Shown: positions 9,033-19,984 of the stretch, piece after piece
Numbering within the stretch: the stretch's first letter is position 1
Layout: every line of letters begins with the position of its first letter
DNA from: an uncultured Pelagibacteraceae bacterium
GTDB taxonomy: Bacteria; Pseudomonadota; Alphaproteobacteria; Pelagibacterales; AG-422-B15
Assembly: GCA_902590345.1 (NCBI GenBank)
Contig: CACIWK010000001.1
Location: 40,341-104,340 of the forward strand
DNA: 64,000 nucleotides
Direction: 5' to 3'
Notes under the pieces: generated by a model
The model's database searches: none
Seen by the model: the letters and a program-made list of their open reading frames with translations, nothing else
Told to the model about the DNA's origin: nothing
Translations under genes and position numbers: made by a program

Positions 9033-10115
9033 ATGGAAAATTTTGCGAATTTAGTATCATCCGTATGGAACCAAGGGGTTTTTGGTATTGATCTTAATAA
9101 TATATTAGTAGCAATAGTAATACTCTTTATATTTGTAATTTTAAGGTCAATTTTTTCAAAAATTGTGATCGGTAGATTAAAAGTTGTTGTAAAAAAATCT
9201 AAGACTAAGATAGACGATGCGATGCTTGAGGCCTTTGATGGCCCACTTAGATTTTTTCCTGTAGTGATCGGTGTTTACATTAGCACACAGTATTTAAACC
9301 TAAATGCAACTCTTGAACTGTTTGCTGCAAATTTAAATCGTTCACTCATAACAATTCAAATTTTTTGGTTTTTATACAAAGTTATTGATCCGATTTCCTC
9401 ATTTGTTCACAAATTAGGCGAGTTGCTAACAAATGATCTTATAGATTGGGGAGTGAGAATTTTAAAATTCTTCATTTTTGTAATTGGGGCAGCTGCTGTT
9501 TTAGAAATATGGGGGATCAAGGTTGGACCAATTCTAGCTGGACTAGGACTTCTCAGTGTGGCTGTAGCTTTGGGTGCTCAGGATTTGTTTAAAAATCTAA
9601 TTTCAGGAATCTTAATTTTGTTAGAAAAACGATTTCAAAATGGAGATTGGATTAAAGTTGAAAACATTGTTGAAGGTGTAGTAGAAAAAATAGGTTTTCG
9701 ATCCACATTAGTTAGAAGATTTGATTCTTCGCCTGTTATGGTTCCAAATTTTAATTTTGCAGAAAATGCTGTTACAAATTTTAGCAATATGAAAAGTAGG
9801 CGTATTTATTGGAATATTGGCCTAGAATATAGAACATCACGTGACCAGTTAAGAAAAATTAGAGACGAAATAGATGACTACATCACAAGCGATGGTAATT
9901 TTGTTAAATCTTCCGAACAGCCATTGTTCGTAAGAATTGAAAAGTTTTCAGATAGCTCAATTGATTTGTTAATTTACTGCTTTGCAACAACTAAAAATTG
10001 GGGTGAGTGGTTAGAGATCAAAGAAAAATTAGCTTTAGAAATAAAAGAAATTGTTGAAAAAAATGGCGCAGGTTTCGCGTTCCCTTCTCAATCAATTTAT
10101 ATTGAAAATAATTAA
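9033..10115 (+). CDS. Small-conductance mechanosensitive channel (MscS family)
   Basis: 360 aa. N-terminal TM helices are followed by the pore helix and beta domain: GAQDLFKNLISGILILLEKRFQNGDWIKV. Confidence 0.8.
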   Translation: MENFANLVSSVWNQGVFGIDLNNILVAIVILFIFVILRSIFSKIVIGRLKVVVKKSKTKIDDAMLEAFDGPLRFFPVVIGVYISTQYLNLNATLELFAANLNRSLITIQIFWFLYKVIDPISSFVHKLGELLTNDLIDWGVRILKFFIFVIGAAAVLEIWGIKVGPILAGLGLLSVAVALGAQDLFKNLISGILILLEKRFQNGDWIKVENIVEGVVEKIGFRSTLVRRFDSSPVMVPNFNFAENAVTNFSNMKSRRIYWNIGLEYRTSRDQLRKIRDEIDDYITSDGNFVKSSEQPLFVRIEKFSDSSIDLLIYCFATTKNWGEWLEIKEKLALEIKEIVEKNGAGFAFPSQSIYIENN

Positions 10116-11446
10116 AAAGACTCGCCTTCAAAAAGCTTCTGGATATTCAATTTATCATTTTGAAAATATAGTTTTTTAGCTTTTTCTGATGCAGTTTCTT
10201 TTCTATTGATTACTTCAAATAAATAATCTAAGTGAACGGTTTCATCATCCCCGTATAAATTTTTCTTAGATCTCCTCTTGAGTCCCTCAAAAGAAATATT
10301 TAGAAGTTTCTCTGCTAATTCCCAACCAGTTTTATTTTTATATGTAGAATTGAGTCCATTTGATAGAACATCACTCCTAAATTTAATTAAGTCGTCATAT
10401 TCAAATTCACTAATCAATTTGAAAGATTCTTCTAATGAATCTTCTTGATATAAAATGCCCGACCAAAAAGCTGGTAAAGCGCAGAGAGTATCGTAACTTC
10501 CTGCATCAGCACCTCTCATTTCAATAAAAGTTTTTAACCTCACCTCAGTAAAGATGGTCGAGATATGATTTATCCAATCTTCAATTAAAATATCATCAGG
10601 CGCAAATTTATTGTTTTTTCCTTCTAACAGGTCTTGGAATGTATATTTAGTACAATTATGATAATTATTATTTCTGATAATTGCGTATACGGGAACTTGA
10701 AGGGCATAATCAACGTATTCCTCAAAGCTCAAAGTTTTTTCAGTCAAAAACTTGGGAATGCCAGTTCTCTCTGAGTCAGTTTTTGTCCAAACATAACCTC
10801 TATAAGTTTCATAGCCCGAAAGCTTTGAATTTTTAAATGGGGAGTTTGAAAATAAACCTGTCACTATTGGCTGAATGAATGCCGATACATTCATTTTTCT
10901 TTGCATATCACTTTCTGAAATATAGTCGAAATTTGCTTGAACTGTTGCTGACTGATACATCATTTCTAGACCTAATCCAGAAAGCGATTTCATATAAGGA
11001 GTCATAATCTCTGAATATCTTTTCTTTGGAACCATTGGCACGTCTTTTAGCCCACCAATTGGAAAGAAACCCAGTCCTAAAAAGCCAATATTATATTTTT
11101 CTTCTAATTTTTTTGTAAATGCGAGGTGATTATTTATTTCCTTACAAGTTTCGTGGATCGTTTTAAGAGGTGCTCCAGATAATTCAAATTGACCGCCAGG
11201 TTCAAGTGTTATACTCGCCTTATCTTTATTGAGTGCAATAATATTTTCATTCTCTTTTACTGGTGCCCAACCATCGTTAATAAAGTCGTCAAAAATTGAT
11301 TTAATACTTACATCGCCGCTATAGGGAACTAAACTAAGATCACTTTTGTGATAAATAAATTTCTCATGTTCGGTACCTATTTTAATTTCGGAGGAATTCT
11401 TAATACCGTTTTCAAAATAATTTATTAGATCACTTTTGTTAAGCAT
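10112..11446 (-). CDS. gshA: Glutamate-cysteine ligase, plant/alphaproteobacterial type (GCS2 family)
   Basis: 444 aa. Motifs IGTEHEKF, TLEPGGQFELSGAP and RGADAG are typical of family-2 gamma-glutamylcysteine synthetase. Confidence 0.8.
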   Translation of the reverse strand: MLNKSDLINYFENGIKNSSEIKIGTEHEKFIYHKSDLSLVPYSGDVSIKSIFDDFINDGWAPVKENENIIALNKDKASITLEPGGQFELSGAPLKTIHETCKEINNHLAFTKKLEEKYNIGFLGLGFFPIGGLKDVPMVPKKRYSEIMTPYMKSLSGLGLEMMYQSATVQANFDYISESDMQRKMNVSAFIQPIVTGLFSNSPFKNSKLSGYETYRGYVWTKTDSERTGIPKFLTEKTLSFEEYVDYALQVPVYAIIRNNNYHNCTKYTFQDLLEGKNNKFAPDDILIEDWINHISTIFTEVRLKTFIEMRGADAGSYDTLCALPAFWSGILYQEDSLEESFKLISEFEYDDLIKFRSDVLSNGLNSTYKNKTGWELAEKLLNISFEGLKRRSKKNLYGDDETVHLDYLFEVINRKETASEKAKKLYFQNDKLNIQKLFEGESF

Positions 11447-12158
11447 TATAAATTTTGTCCATAATAATCGAAGTCGCGGTAATTGCAGCAGTTTCTGATT
11501 TTAAAATATTTGGCCCAAGTGTAACGCCAATAGATTTTTCCTTTGATTTCAAACTTTCATACTCTTTTGCTGAAAAATCTCCTTCAGGTCCTATGATTAT
11601 ACCAATGGCCTCATTTTTGGTCAGTTTCATATTCTTTATTTTTTCTTCATTATTATCTAACGAGCAATATAAATAACCTGCTAAAGAGTTATCATTAATC
11701 ATTGAAGCAAATGATATAGGTTTATTAATTTCTGGTATCTTATTTCGATTAGACTGCTCACACGCTTCAACAGCAATTAGTCTAAGTCTTTCAAAATTAA
11801 TATTCTTTATATTAGTTCTCTCCATAATTACTGGTTGAAAACCTGAAATTCCAATTTCTGAGCACTTTTGTATCATGATTTCTAGAGGTGTACGTTTTAT
11901 AGGAGAAAAAAATAGAGTTATATTATGATCTTCACTTTCTATTTTTTTTTGATCAATTATTTCTAATTCACATGTTTTTTTTGTAATATTAATAACTTTA
12001 GTTAAACATAGAAGCTCACGATTGAAAACTGAAACATAGTCACTTTTTTTTGTTCTCAAAACACTCTTTAAATAGTGTATCTGGTCAGCATCAAGAATAA
12101 TTTGATCATTCGAATTTATTTTTTTATCTACAAAAATTCTGTTTTTAATTTTTTTCAT
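11439..12158 (-). CDS. rsmE: 16S rRNA (uracil1498-N3)-methyltransferase
   Basis: RsmE motifs: IFVD..IHYLKSVLR in the PUA-like N-terminus, and IIIGPEGDFS..E and LGPNILKSETA in the SPOUT knot. I moved the start to the ATG at 12158 (MKKIKNRIFVD). The longer track ORF would overlap ubiA. Confidence 0.8.
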   Translation of the reverse strand: MKKIKNRIFVDKKINSNDQIILDADQIHYLKSVLRTKKSDYVSVFNRELLCLTKVINITKKTCELEIIDQKKIESEDHNITLFFSPIKRTPLEIMIQKCSEIGISGFQPVIMERTNIKNINFERLRLIAVEACEQSNRNKIPEINKPISFASMINDNSLAGYLYCSLDNNEEKIKNMKLTKNEAIGIIIGPEGDFSAKEYESLKSKEKSIGVTLGPNILKSETAAITATSIIMDKIYNA

Positions 12159-12199
12159 ATATATATTGGTTATATCATTATTTATTTTATAAAGATAAG

Positions 12200-13051
12200 T
12201 TGAAAAAATATTCACAATTATTGCGTCTAGAGCAGCCTGTTGGTTTTTTTTTGCTAATGCTGCCATGTTTTTGGGGCTTGCTTGCCGCCTCAAATTCCTA
12301 CCAGCACTTATGGAGCAATATTTACTTATTTCTTATATTTGCAATCGGATCCATTGTTATGAGATCGGCTGGATGTATCATAAATGATTTTTTTGATAAA
12401 GATCTAGACAAACATGTAACAAGAACATCTCAAAGACCGCTCGCTAGTGGTGCAATTTCTTCTTTTGAAGCTATCATAATCTTCTCAATACTTAATTTGA
12501 TTGGTCTGACTATATTACTTTCTCTAAATATGCTCGCCATTATTATTGGTTTAATTTCTTTTGTGTTGTTTATTTTTTATCCTTTAATGAAAAGAATAAC
12601 TTATTGGCCGCAGCTTTTTTTAGGAGTCACTTTTAACATCGGTTGTTTGATTGGATATGCCGCTGTTGAAAATCAATTAAATACTCAAATTATATTATTA
12701 TATCTTGCTGGTGTTTTTTGGACTTTGGGCTATGACACAATATACGCACACCAGGATAGAGAGGATGACTTAATTATTGGAATAAAATCTACTGCAATTT
12801 TGTTTGGTGATAATACGAAGCAGTGGATCATCATTTTCTACAGTTTAATGGTGTTGTGCTTAATTTTATTCGGACTATTGCATGATCAGAGTATTTACTT
12901 TTTTATTTCACTGATCTTTGTTGTTGCTCATTTGTTTTACCAAATAAAAAGATTAGATATAGATAACAAAAGCAAATGTTTGATTATTTTTAAAAGTAAT
13001 CAATACTTAGGATTGATAGTTGCTCTAACCCTATTTATAGGTATTTTATAA
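12200..13051 (+). CDS. ubiA: 4-hydroxybenzoate polyprenyltransferase
   Basis: 283 aa, TTG start. UbiA motifs NDFFDKDLD and YDTIYAHQDREDD. Confidence 0.85.
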   Translation: MKKYSQLLRLEQPVGFFLLMLPCFWGLLAASNSYQHLWSNIYLFLIFAIGSIVMRSAGCIINDFFDKDLDKHVTRTSQRPLASGAISSFEAIIIFSILNLIGLTILLSLNMLAIIIGLISFVLFIFYPLMKRITYWPQLFLGVTFNIGCLIGYAAVENQLNTQIILLYLAGVFWTLGYDTIYAHQDREDDLIIGIKSTAILFGDNTKQWIIIFYSLMVLCLILFGLLHDQSIYFFISLIFVVAHLFYQIKRLDIDNKSKCLIIFKSNQYLGLIVALTLFIGIL

Positions 13052-13053
13052 TT

Positions 13054-14385
13054 ATGAATTTTGAAGAAACGGCTCAAAACATAATAGATCTAACTCTCAA
13101 AGCAGGCGCGTCTGATTGTGATGTTGTGCTTGCTAAGTCTCATGGCAAGTCAATTAGTTGTAGATTTCAGAAAATAGAGGATCTAGATGAGTCTAACGAA
13201 AAAACAATCGGTATTAGAGCATTAGTTGACCAACGCCAGGCTTTTGTTTCATCTTCGGACATTGAGACTGATAATGTTGATAAACTTGTTACAAAATGTG
13301 TTGAAATGGCAAAATTAGCTCCAATTGACGATACTGCTGTACTTGGAGATAGTTCCATGTTTGAACATGATGCACCAGATCTAGATTTATTTGAAAAAGA
13401 AGAAGTAAACACGGAAACATTAATTGAAGCTGTTAAAGAGTGTGAAGATGCTGCTTTATCAGTCAAAGGAATTACAAACTCTGAAGGCGCTGGCGCTTCT
13501 TCTTCTAAAGGAGAGTTCTTTCTTGCAACAAGTAATGGCTTCCATGGGGGATATCAATCATCAAGCAGTTCTGTATCTTGTTCAGTTCTTGCAGGGCAGG
13601 GCCAAGACATGGAAAGGGATTACGAGTATGCCGTGAAAAGACATATAAGTGACTTACCAAGTGCAAAGGAAGTTGGTTTAACAGCAGCAGAAAAAACTCT
13701 CAAAAGACTTAATGCAAAAAAAATCAGTTCAACAAAATTGCCTGTTGTTTTTGACAAAAGAATTAGTAATGATCTACTTGGTTATCTAGCAAGTTCAATA
13801 TCAGGAACGTCAATTGCTAGAGGTACAAGTTTTTTAAAAGATAGTCTGGGGAAACAAATATTTAATAAAGATGTAACAATTATTGATGACCCTGCAATTA
13901 ATAGGGGGCTTGGATCTAAGCCATTTGACGGTGAAGGTGTTAAAGTTAAGAAAAGAGAATTAGTTTCAAATGGTAAACTCAATACCTGGATTTTAAATAC
14001 ATCAACTGCAAAAAAATTAGGGCTTAAGACTACTGGAAATGCATCAAGATCAGTTGGTTCTCCCCCTGGTGTATCTACATCTAATTTATATATGACAAAT
14101 GGTTTAAAAAGTTATGATGATATTTTATCATCAATTAATTATGGATTTTATGCAACTGAATTAATCGGTATGGGAGTAAATTTAGTCACTGGTGATTATA
14201 GCATGGGAGCAAGTGGGATGCTTATTGAAAAAGGTGAGATCACACACGCAGTAAGTGAAGTAACTATCGCCTCAAATTTAAAAGAAATTTTCATGAATTT
14301 ATCAGCTGCAAACGATCTAGAGTTTAAATACCGTACCAATGCTCCAACGGTGCTTATTGAGAGTATGACCCTAGCAGGAAAGTAA
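13054..14385 (+). CDS. pmbA: PmbA/TldE metalloprotease-modulator family protein
   Basis: 443 aa. C-terminal motifs GLGSKPFDGEGV, TGNASR and GDYSMGASG. Confidence 0.8.
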   Translation: MNFEETAQNIIDLTLKAGASDCDVVLAKSHGKSISCRFQKIEDLDESNEKTIGIRALVDQRQAFVSSSDIETDNVDKLVTKCVEMAKLAPIDDTAVLGDSSMFEHDAPDLDLFEKEEVNTETLIEAVKECEDAALSVKGITNSEGAGASSSKGEFFLATSNGFHGGYQSSSSSVSCSVLAGQGQDMERDYEYAVKRHISDLPSAKEVGLTAAEKTLKRLNAKKISSTKLPVVFDKRISNDLLGYLASSISGTSIARGTSFLKDSLGKQIFNKDVTIIDDPAINRGLGSKPFDGEGVKVKKRELVSNGKLNTWILNTSTAKKLGLKTTGNASRSVGSPPGVSTSNLYMTNGLKSYDDILSSINYGFYATELIGMGVNLVTGDYSMGASGMLIEKGEITHAVSEVTIASNLKEIFMNLSAANDLEFKYRTNAPTVLIESMTLAGK

Positions 14386-14450
14386 GAATTTAAGCCATTT
14401 ATCAATATTTAGATTTAAATTTTTGATAATAGTATTATGAATACCTCTTC

Positions 14451-16181
14451 ATGACTGGAACGCAAATACTTAAGAGGTTGTTTAGGGATAGCATCAAACC
14501 ATATTCATTAAGGTTATTCAGTTCGCTTTTTTTTATGGTTATCATTGCACTTTGTACTGGTGCGACAGCATGGTTACTTGATCCTGCAATTGATAAAATC
14601 TTTTTAGATAAAGATGAGTCCATGCTGCTTTTAATCCCAATCGCAATTATTTTAACTTTATTAATAAAAAGTATTGCTACATTTATTCAAATTGTTCTGC
14701 TAAATGGAGTTGCACAAAATGTAATTGCAGATACGCAAATCAAATTATTTAAAAAAATAATTAATGCTGATCTTGCTTGGTTACACAAAGTTCATTCAGC
14801 AAAGATTATTTCTAACTTCTTGTATGATGTTACTTTGCTTCAAGACTCTGTAAGCAGTAGTTTAGCTAATGGTGTAAAAGACGTTTTAACTTTAATTTGT
14901 TTGCTTGGCGTTATGTATTATCAAGATTGGCAGCTCGCAACTATTTCAATTATTGCATTTCCACTGGTTGGCATTCTTACAAGACGATTAGGTAAAAGAA
15001 TTAAAAAGGCGTCAACTGAAAGTCAAGAGGAGACTGGTACATTAGCATCAATATTATCTGAAAATTTAGATGGCACTCGAATTGTTAAAGCTTACCAACA
15101 AGAAGATGAGGAAATTGAGAAACTCAGTAAATCAGTATTTAGAAGAATGACAAAAATATTAAAAGGTGCCAATGCTCGAGGTGCCGCCTCTCCTTTTGCT
15201 GAGTTTTTGGCAGGTTTTGGAATTGCTGGAGCATTATATTATGCTGGTTTAAGAGGTCTGCAAGGTGAACTGGCACTAAATGAATTTGTATCATTCCTCG
15301 GAGCAATGATGCTTGCGTTCCAACCTCTTAGACGTATCGCTCAAATAAATGCAACCTTACAAGAGGGATTTGCGGCAGCAATACGAGTGTTTGGTCTGCT
15401 TGATGAGAAAAGTCTAATTAATGAGGCACAAAATGCTCCTAATTTATCAATTGATAAATCAGATATAACTTTTGAGGACGTTACATTATCTTATGAAGGA
15501 CAAATAAATTCAGCCTTGAAGGGCATAAATCTACAAATACCTCATGGCAAAACTACTGCTTTAGTTGGTCCAAGTGGTTCGGGCAAATCCTCTGTATTAA
15601 ACTTAATACCAAGATTTTATGATCCGGATAAAGGTAATGTTAAGATAGATAATCAAGATATAAAGGAGTTAACAATCTCATCGGTAAGATCCTCATTAGC
15701 TTTAGTAAGCCAGGAGCCAGTTCTATTTGACATGTCAATACATGAAAATATCTTATATGGTAAACCCGAGGCTTCTAAAGAGGAAGTTATTGATGCAGCG
15801 AAAGCGGCGGCGGCACATGAATTTATATCAGAACTTCCAAAGCAATATGAAACTATAGTTGGCGAAAAAGGCTATAGTCTTTCAGGTGGTCAAAAACAAA
15901 GAATATCAATTGCCAGAGCCTTTCTTAAAAATGCACCAATTCTTTTACTTGATGAAGCAACATCAAGTCTGGACACAGAGTCTGAACATCTTGTTCAAAA
16001 TGCTATAAGTGTTCTAATGAAAGATAGAACAACTCTTGTAATCGCCCATAGACTCAGCACCATTATAAATTCAGATCAAATTATTGTTTTGGACTCAGGT
16101 AGTGTTGCAGAAATAGGCACCCATGAAGAATTATTAAAAAAGAATGGAGTTTATAAGAAACTCTATGAACGTGAATTTTAA
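14451..16181 (+). CDS. msbA: Lipid A export ABC transporter, fused permease/ATPase
   Basis: 576 aa. Six-TM domain followed by Walker A GPSGSGKSS, signature LSGGQKQR and Walker B LLLDEATS. It heads a lipid A/Kdo gene run. Confidence 0.8.
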   Translation: MTGTQILKRLFRDSIKPYSLRLFSSLFFMVIIALCTGATAWLLDPAIDKIFLDKDESMLLLIPIAIILTLLIKSIATFIQIVLLNGVAQNVIADTQIKLFKKIINADLAWLHKVHSAKIISNFLYDVTLLQDSVSSSLANGVKDVLTLICLLGVMYYQDWQLATISIIAFPLVGILTRRLGKRIKKASTESQEETGTLASILSENLDGTRIVKAYQQEDEEIEKLSKSVFRRMTKILKGANARGAASPFAEFLAGFGIAGALYYAGLRGLQGELALNEFVSFLGAMMLAFQPLRRIAQINATLQEGFAAAIRVFGLLDEKSLINEAQNAPNLSIDKSDITFEDVTLSYEGQINSALKGINLQIPHGKTTALVGPSGSGKSSVLNLIPRFYDPDKGNVKIDNQDIKELTISSVRSSLALVSQEPVLFDMSIHENILYGKPEASKEEVIDAAKAAAAHEFISELPKQYETIVGEKGYSLSGGQKQRISIARAFLKNAPILLLDEATSSLDTESEHLVQNAISVLMKDRTTLVIAHRLSTIINSDQIIVLDSGSVAEIGTHEELLKKNGVYKKLYEREF

Positions 16182-16187
16182 AGACTA

Positions 16188-16868
16188 ATGATTAAATACA
16201 TTGCTGGATTTAAACTGACTCAAAAACTAATATCCCTACTTGGATCAATGTATGTATTATTTGTATATAAAACATCCACAATAGATTTAAAGAATCGAAA
16301 AAATATTGAGTCATTATTTAAAAAAAATGAGTCATTTATTTATGCATTCTGGCATGATCAACTTTTAATGTGCCCTCTTACATGGCAAAGTGAATTTGAA
16401 ATAAATGTATTAATCTCTAAGCATAGAGACGGTGATATAATTGCTAAACTTATATCAAACCTTGGATTTAAAGCTATTAGAGGTTCAACTCATAAAGCTG
16501 GAAAAACTAAGAATAAAGGAGGGCTTTTATCGGCACGCCAAATGATAAAATCATTAAAAAAAGGTGTCTCAATTGGTATTTCACCTGACGGGCCAAAAGG
16601 ACCACGTCACAAGGTCAGTGACGGCATCTTGAGTATCTCTCGACTAAGCAATGCGTCAATTCTTCCTGTAGGAATAGGTTTTAAAAAAAAATGGGTACTA
16701 AATACTTGGGATAAATTTATTATACCAAAGCCATTTAATAAAATAACAATTATTTGGGGCGAACCACTTCCAGCTTTAAAAAATGAAAAAAATATTAATC
16801 AGATTAAGAGTAAATTAGAGAGTACAATGTATAATTTAACAAAAAGAGCAAATAGAAATAATAAATAA
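16188..16868 (+). CDS. DUF374 (lysophospholipid acyltransferase-like) protein
   Basis: 226 aa. Motifs FWHDQL and SKHRDGD..RGS..G. It sits directly before waaA, as is usual in alphaproteobacteria. Confidence 0.65.
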   Translation: MIKYIAGFKLTQKLISLLGSMYVLFVYKTSTIDLKNRKNIESLFKKNESFIYAFWHDQLLMCPLTWQSEFEINVLISKHRDGDIIAKLISNLGFKAIRGSTHKAGKTKNKGGLLSARQMIKSLKKGVSIGISPDGPKGPRHKVSDGILSISRLSNASILPVGIGFKKKWVLNTWDKFIIPKPFNKITIIWGEPLPALKNEKNINQIKSKLESTMYNLTKRANRNNK

Positions 16869-18115
16869 TGCTACCTTATTACATTTATAAGTTAATTACC
16901 AAATTCATAAGACCATTTATAGCTTTTTATATTCTTATTAGAATTTCAAAAGGCAAAGAAGATAGAGCACGAATAGCAGAAAGATATGGAACAAGTGATG
17001 TTGAGAGAAAAAAAGGTAAAGTTATATGGTTCCATGCTGCTAGTATTGGTGAGAGCTTATCAATATTACCTTTATTAAGTAAATTAAACTCTGATAAATC
17101 TATTGATCAAATAATTCTCACGACAGGAACTCTTACTTCAGCAAATATTCTTAAAAGTAAATTATCAAAAAAAATTATTCATCAATATATTCCATTTGAT
17201 ATTCCATCTTATGTAAATAAATTTCTTAATCACTGGAACCCATCTCTAGCTGTATTTGTCGAGTCAGAGATATGGCCTAACTTTTTAACTGAATTAAAAA
17301 AAAGAAATATTAATTCTTTAATTGTTAACGGAAGAATGACTATTAAAAGTTTTAAAAGATGGACAATGCTAAGTGGACTGTCAAAAAGACTTTTTTCTAA
17401 TTTTTCTGCATGCTGTACACAAAATAGTGATAGTGCTTTTTTTTATGAAAAATTAGGCATTAAAAATACCATTAATACAGGAAATCTTAAATTTGCTTAT
17501 AAACCTGATGAAATAATGTCAGATGAATTAAAAAAACTTAGATCCCTCACAAAAAAACGTAAAATATTTCTTGCGGCTAGTACACATCCTGGAGAGGAAG
17601 AAATAATTAAAAATATTACACTTAATTTAAAAAAAACGGTTAAAGATCTTCTGACAATTATTGTACCCAGACACGTAACTAGAAAATCGTTTTTTTCTTC
17701 ATCTAAAGGACTTGGCTTATCAATCAGATCAAAGAAACAAAAAATCAATGATCGAACGTATTTATATCTTGCTGATACTATTGGAGAATTAAATATATTT
17801 TACAGTTTAGCAAACATCGTTTTTATTGGTGGTAGTTTAGTGCCACATGGAGGACAAAATCCCATAGAAGCTGCTTATTTAGGTAAAAAAATATACCATG
17901 GCAAAAATATTGATAATTTCATAGATGTTTACGACGTTCTTAATCAATTAAAATTTACTCAACAGGTAGAAAATGAACGCCAGCTAGAATATTACGTTAA
18001 AGAAGCATTAGCTAAACCAAAATCTATAAATAAGGATATTAATATAAATAGACTAAAAAAAGAGGGTGATGATACAGTAAGTAAAGTACTGAAAGTTATT
18101 TACCAATATTTATAA
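16868..18115 (+). CDS. waaA: 3-deoxy-D-manno-octulosonic acid (Kdo) transferase
   Basis: 415 aa. Motifs WFHAASIGE and GGSLVPHGGQNPIEAA. Its start overlaps the preceding stop by 1 nt (TAATG). Confidence 0.85.
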   Translation: MLPYYIYKLITKFIRPFIAFYILIRISKGKEDRARIAERYGTSDVERKKGKVIWFHAASIGESLSILPLLSKLNSDKSIDQIILTTGTLTSANILKSKLSKKIIHQYIPFDIPSYVNKFLNHWNPSLAVFVESEIWPNFLTELKKRNINSLIVNGRMTIKSFKRWTMLSGLSKRLFSNFSACCTQNSDSAFFYEKLGIKNTINTGNLKFAYKPDEIMSDELKKLRSLTKKRKIFLAASTHPGEEEIIKNITLNLKKTVKDLLTIIVPRHVTRKSFFSSSKGLGLSIRSKKQKINDRTYLYLADTIGELNIFYSLANIVFIGGSLVPHGGQNPIEAAYLGKKIYHGKNIDNFIDVYDVLNQLKFTQQVENERQLEYYVKEALAKPKSINKDININRLKKEGDDTVSKVLKVIYQYL

Positions 18116-19093
18116 TTGAACATGGAAAAAATAATATTGAATATATGGTATTCCAACAAAATTTTTTATAGATTGGTCTCCTACATACTTTTTCCAATAT
18201 CTTTACTATACATTTTAATTTTTTATTTATTCAGAATATTTAAAACTGAGCTCAAAATTAGTGTTCCAATTTTATGTGTTGGTAATATAAACGTAGGTGG
18301 CACTGGAAAGACCTCAACTCTTTTAGAAATTATTAAGTATTTCAAAAATAAAGAAAAAAATATTTGTGTATTATTAAAAGGATATGGTGGTAAAAAACAT
18401 AAATTTAAAAAAGTATCACCAAATGACACTGCAACTTTGGTGGGCGATGAGGCAATGCTTTTTTCAAATCATGTACCCACTTATATTTCAACAAATCGAA
18501 TGTTAGCTGTAAATAAAATTTTAAATGATATCATCCCTGATTTTATTTTACTTGATGACGGTTTCCAAGATAAGTCTCTTTTTAAAGATAAAAATATTTT
18601 GATGGTTAATGGGGAGCGTGGTTTTGGAAACAAGCTATGTTTACCAGCCGGACCATTAAGAGAATTGATCAAGCCCGCATTAAAAAGAGCTCAATTTTTA
18701 ATCATTGTTGGTGATGATAAAACAAAAATAAAAAGTATGTGTAATGATGTAAAAATTGATACTCTCACCGCTTCTATTGAACCATTACATATCGACAAAA
18801 ATAAAAAATATTTGGCTTTTAGTGGTATTGGTAACAATCAAAGCTTCTTTGATACCCTTATCAATAATAATTGTACTGTACCTAAAACAGTTGAATTTCC
18901 TGATCATCATTTTTTTACAGAGGATGAACTAAACCATCTAAAAAAAGTGGCTTCAGATAATAACCTTTCCCTCATTACTACTGAAAAAGATTTAGTAAGA
19001 ATTCCCGAAGAAAAAAGAAAAGGAATTGAATGTTTAAAAGTGGAGATAAAATTACCCAACATGGAGGAATTCATGCACAAACTGATTAATTGA
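18116..19093 (+). CDS. lpxK: Tetraacyldisaccharide 4'-kinase
   Basis: P-loop VGNINVGGTGKTS, plus RGYGG-like KGYGG and LDDGFQ. The start could be TTG at 18116 or ATG at 18122. Confidence 0.85.
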   Translation: MNMEKIILNIWYSNKIFYRLVSYILFPISLLYILIFYLFRIFKTELKISVPILCVGNINVGGTGKTSTLLEIIKYFKNKEKNICVLLKGYGGKKHKFKKVSPNDTATLVGDEAMLFSNHVPTYISTNRMLAVNKILNDIIPDFILLDDGFQDKSLFKDKNILMVNGERGFGNKLCLPAGPLRELIKPALKRAQFLIIVGDDKTKIKSMCNDVKIDTLTASIEPLHIDKNKKYLAFSGIGNNQSFFDTLINNNCTVPKTVEFPDHHFFTEDELNHLKKVASDNNLSLITTEKDLVRIPEEKRKGIECLKVEIKLPNMEEFMHKLIN

Positions 19094-19977
19094 TACGTAT
19101 GAAGATTTTTATAAAAAAGTATATTAGATATCCATCTGAATTTATTCTATTTGCTATATTCTATTTTATATTCAAATTACTACCTCTTTCTGTAGCAAGA
19201 AAACTAGGTGTAAGCATAACGACAAGCTTAGGCCCCTTATTTTCTATTAACAAATTAGTTAAAAAAAATTTAAGAATTGCTTTTAAGGATAAAGATGAAA
19301 AATGGATTAAATCAACTGCAGAAAAAGTATGGGAAAATTTGGGGTACACCATTTCTGAATATTCACATCTCAAAAAAATATTAAAAGATAAAATTAATGT
19401 AATTGAAAATGATCATTATAGAGAAGCCTTCTCAGGAAGCGAGAGATCAATCATCATATCAGCTCATAATTCAAATTGGGAAATACCAGGAATGTCGATA
19501 AAAAAGACAATGCATCGAACATCTGCGATTGTTAGAGAACCTAACAATCCTCTAATAAATTATGTTTTAAAGAATCTTAGAGATAAATATAGCCTTAGAT
19601 GTTTAAGTAAAAATAGAATAGGTACAAAACAATTGCTTAATAATTTTAAAAATGGTGAGTCAATTGCTCTGTTAGCTGACCTTCAGTTATCGTCAGGTAT
19701 TAATCTGAATTTCTTTGGAAAGAAAATGAAGTTTTCTTCTCTTCCCGCTCAACTAGCCCTAAAATCTAGGTGTAAAATATTTTTAGGATGGCCAATAAGA
19801 AAGAGTGATGGAAAATATGAATTTGAAATTCATCAATCAATACATGCCAGCAATTATGAAGATACTTCAGATAACGTTGAGAAAATATCGGAGATAATTA
19901 TTTCTTACTATGAAAGTATGATTAAGAAATACCCAGAACAATATTTCTGGTTTCATAATAGGTGGAAACTGGACTGA
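19090..19977 (+). CDS. Lipid A late acyltransferase (LpxL/HtrB family)
   Basis: 295 aa. N-terminal TM anchor, HX4E motif (AHNSNWE), and C-terminal PEQYFWFHNRWK. Confidence 0.75.
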   Translation: MIRMKIFIKKYIRYPSEFILFAIFYFIFKLLPLSVARKLGVSITTSLGPLFSINKLVKKNLRIAFKDKDEKWIKSTAEKVWENLGYTISEYSHLKKILKDKINVIENDHYREAFSGSERSIIISAHNSNWEIPGMSIKKTMHRTSAIVREPNNPLINYVLKNLRDKYSLRCLSKNRIGTKQLLNNFKNGESIALLADLQLSSGINLNFFGKKMKFSSLPAQLALKSRCKIFLGWPIRKSDGKYEFEIHQSIHASNYEDTSDNVEKISEIIISYYESMIKKYPEQYFWFHNRWKLD

Positions 19978-19984
19978 TTTTTGT

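Noticed and set aside
14451-19977. msbA-DUF374-waaA-lpxK-lpxL run as something unusual
   Set aside because: This is a coherent set of late lipid A and Kdo steps that is commonly clustered in alphaproteobacteria. It is ordinary envelope biosynthesis.
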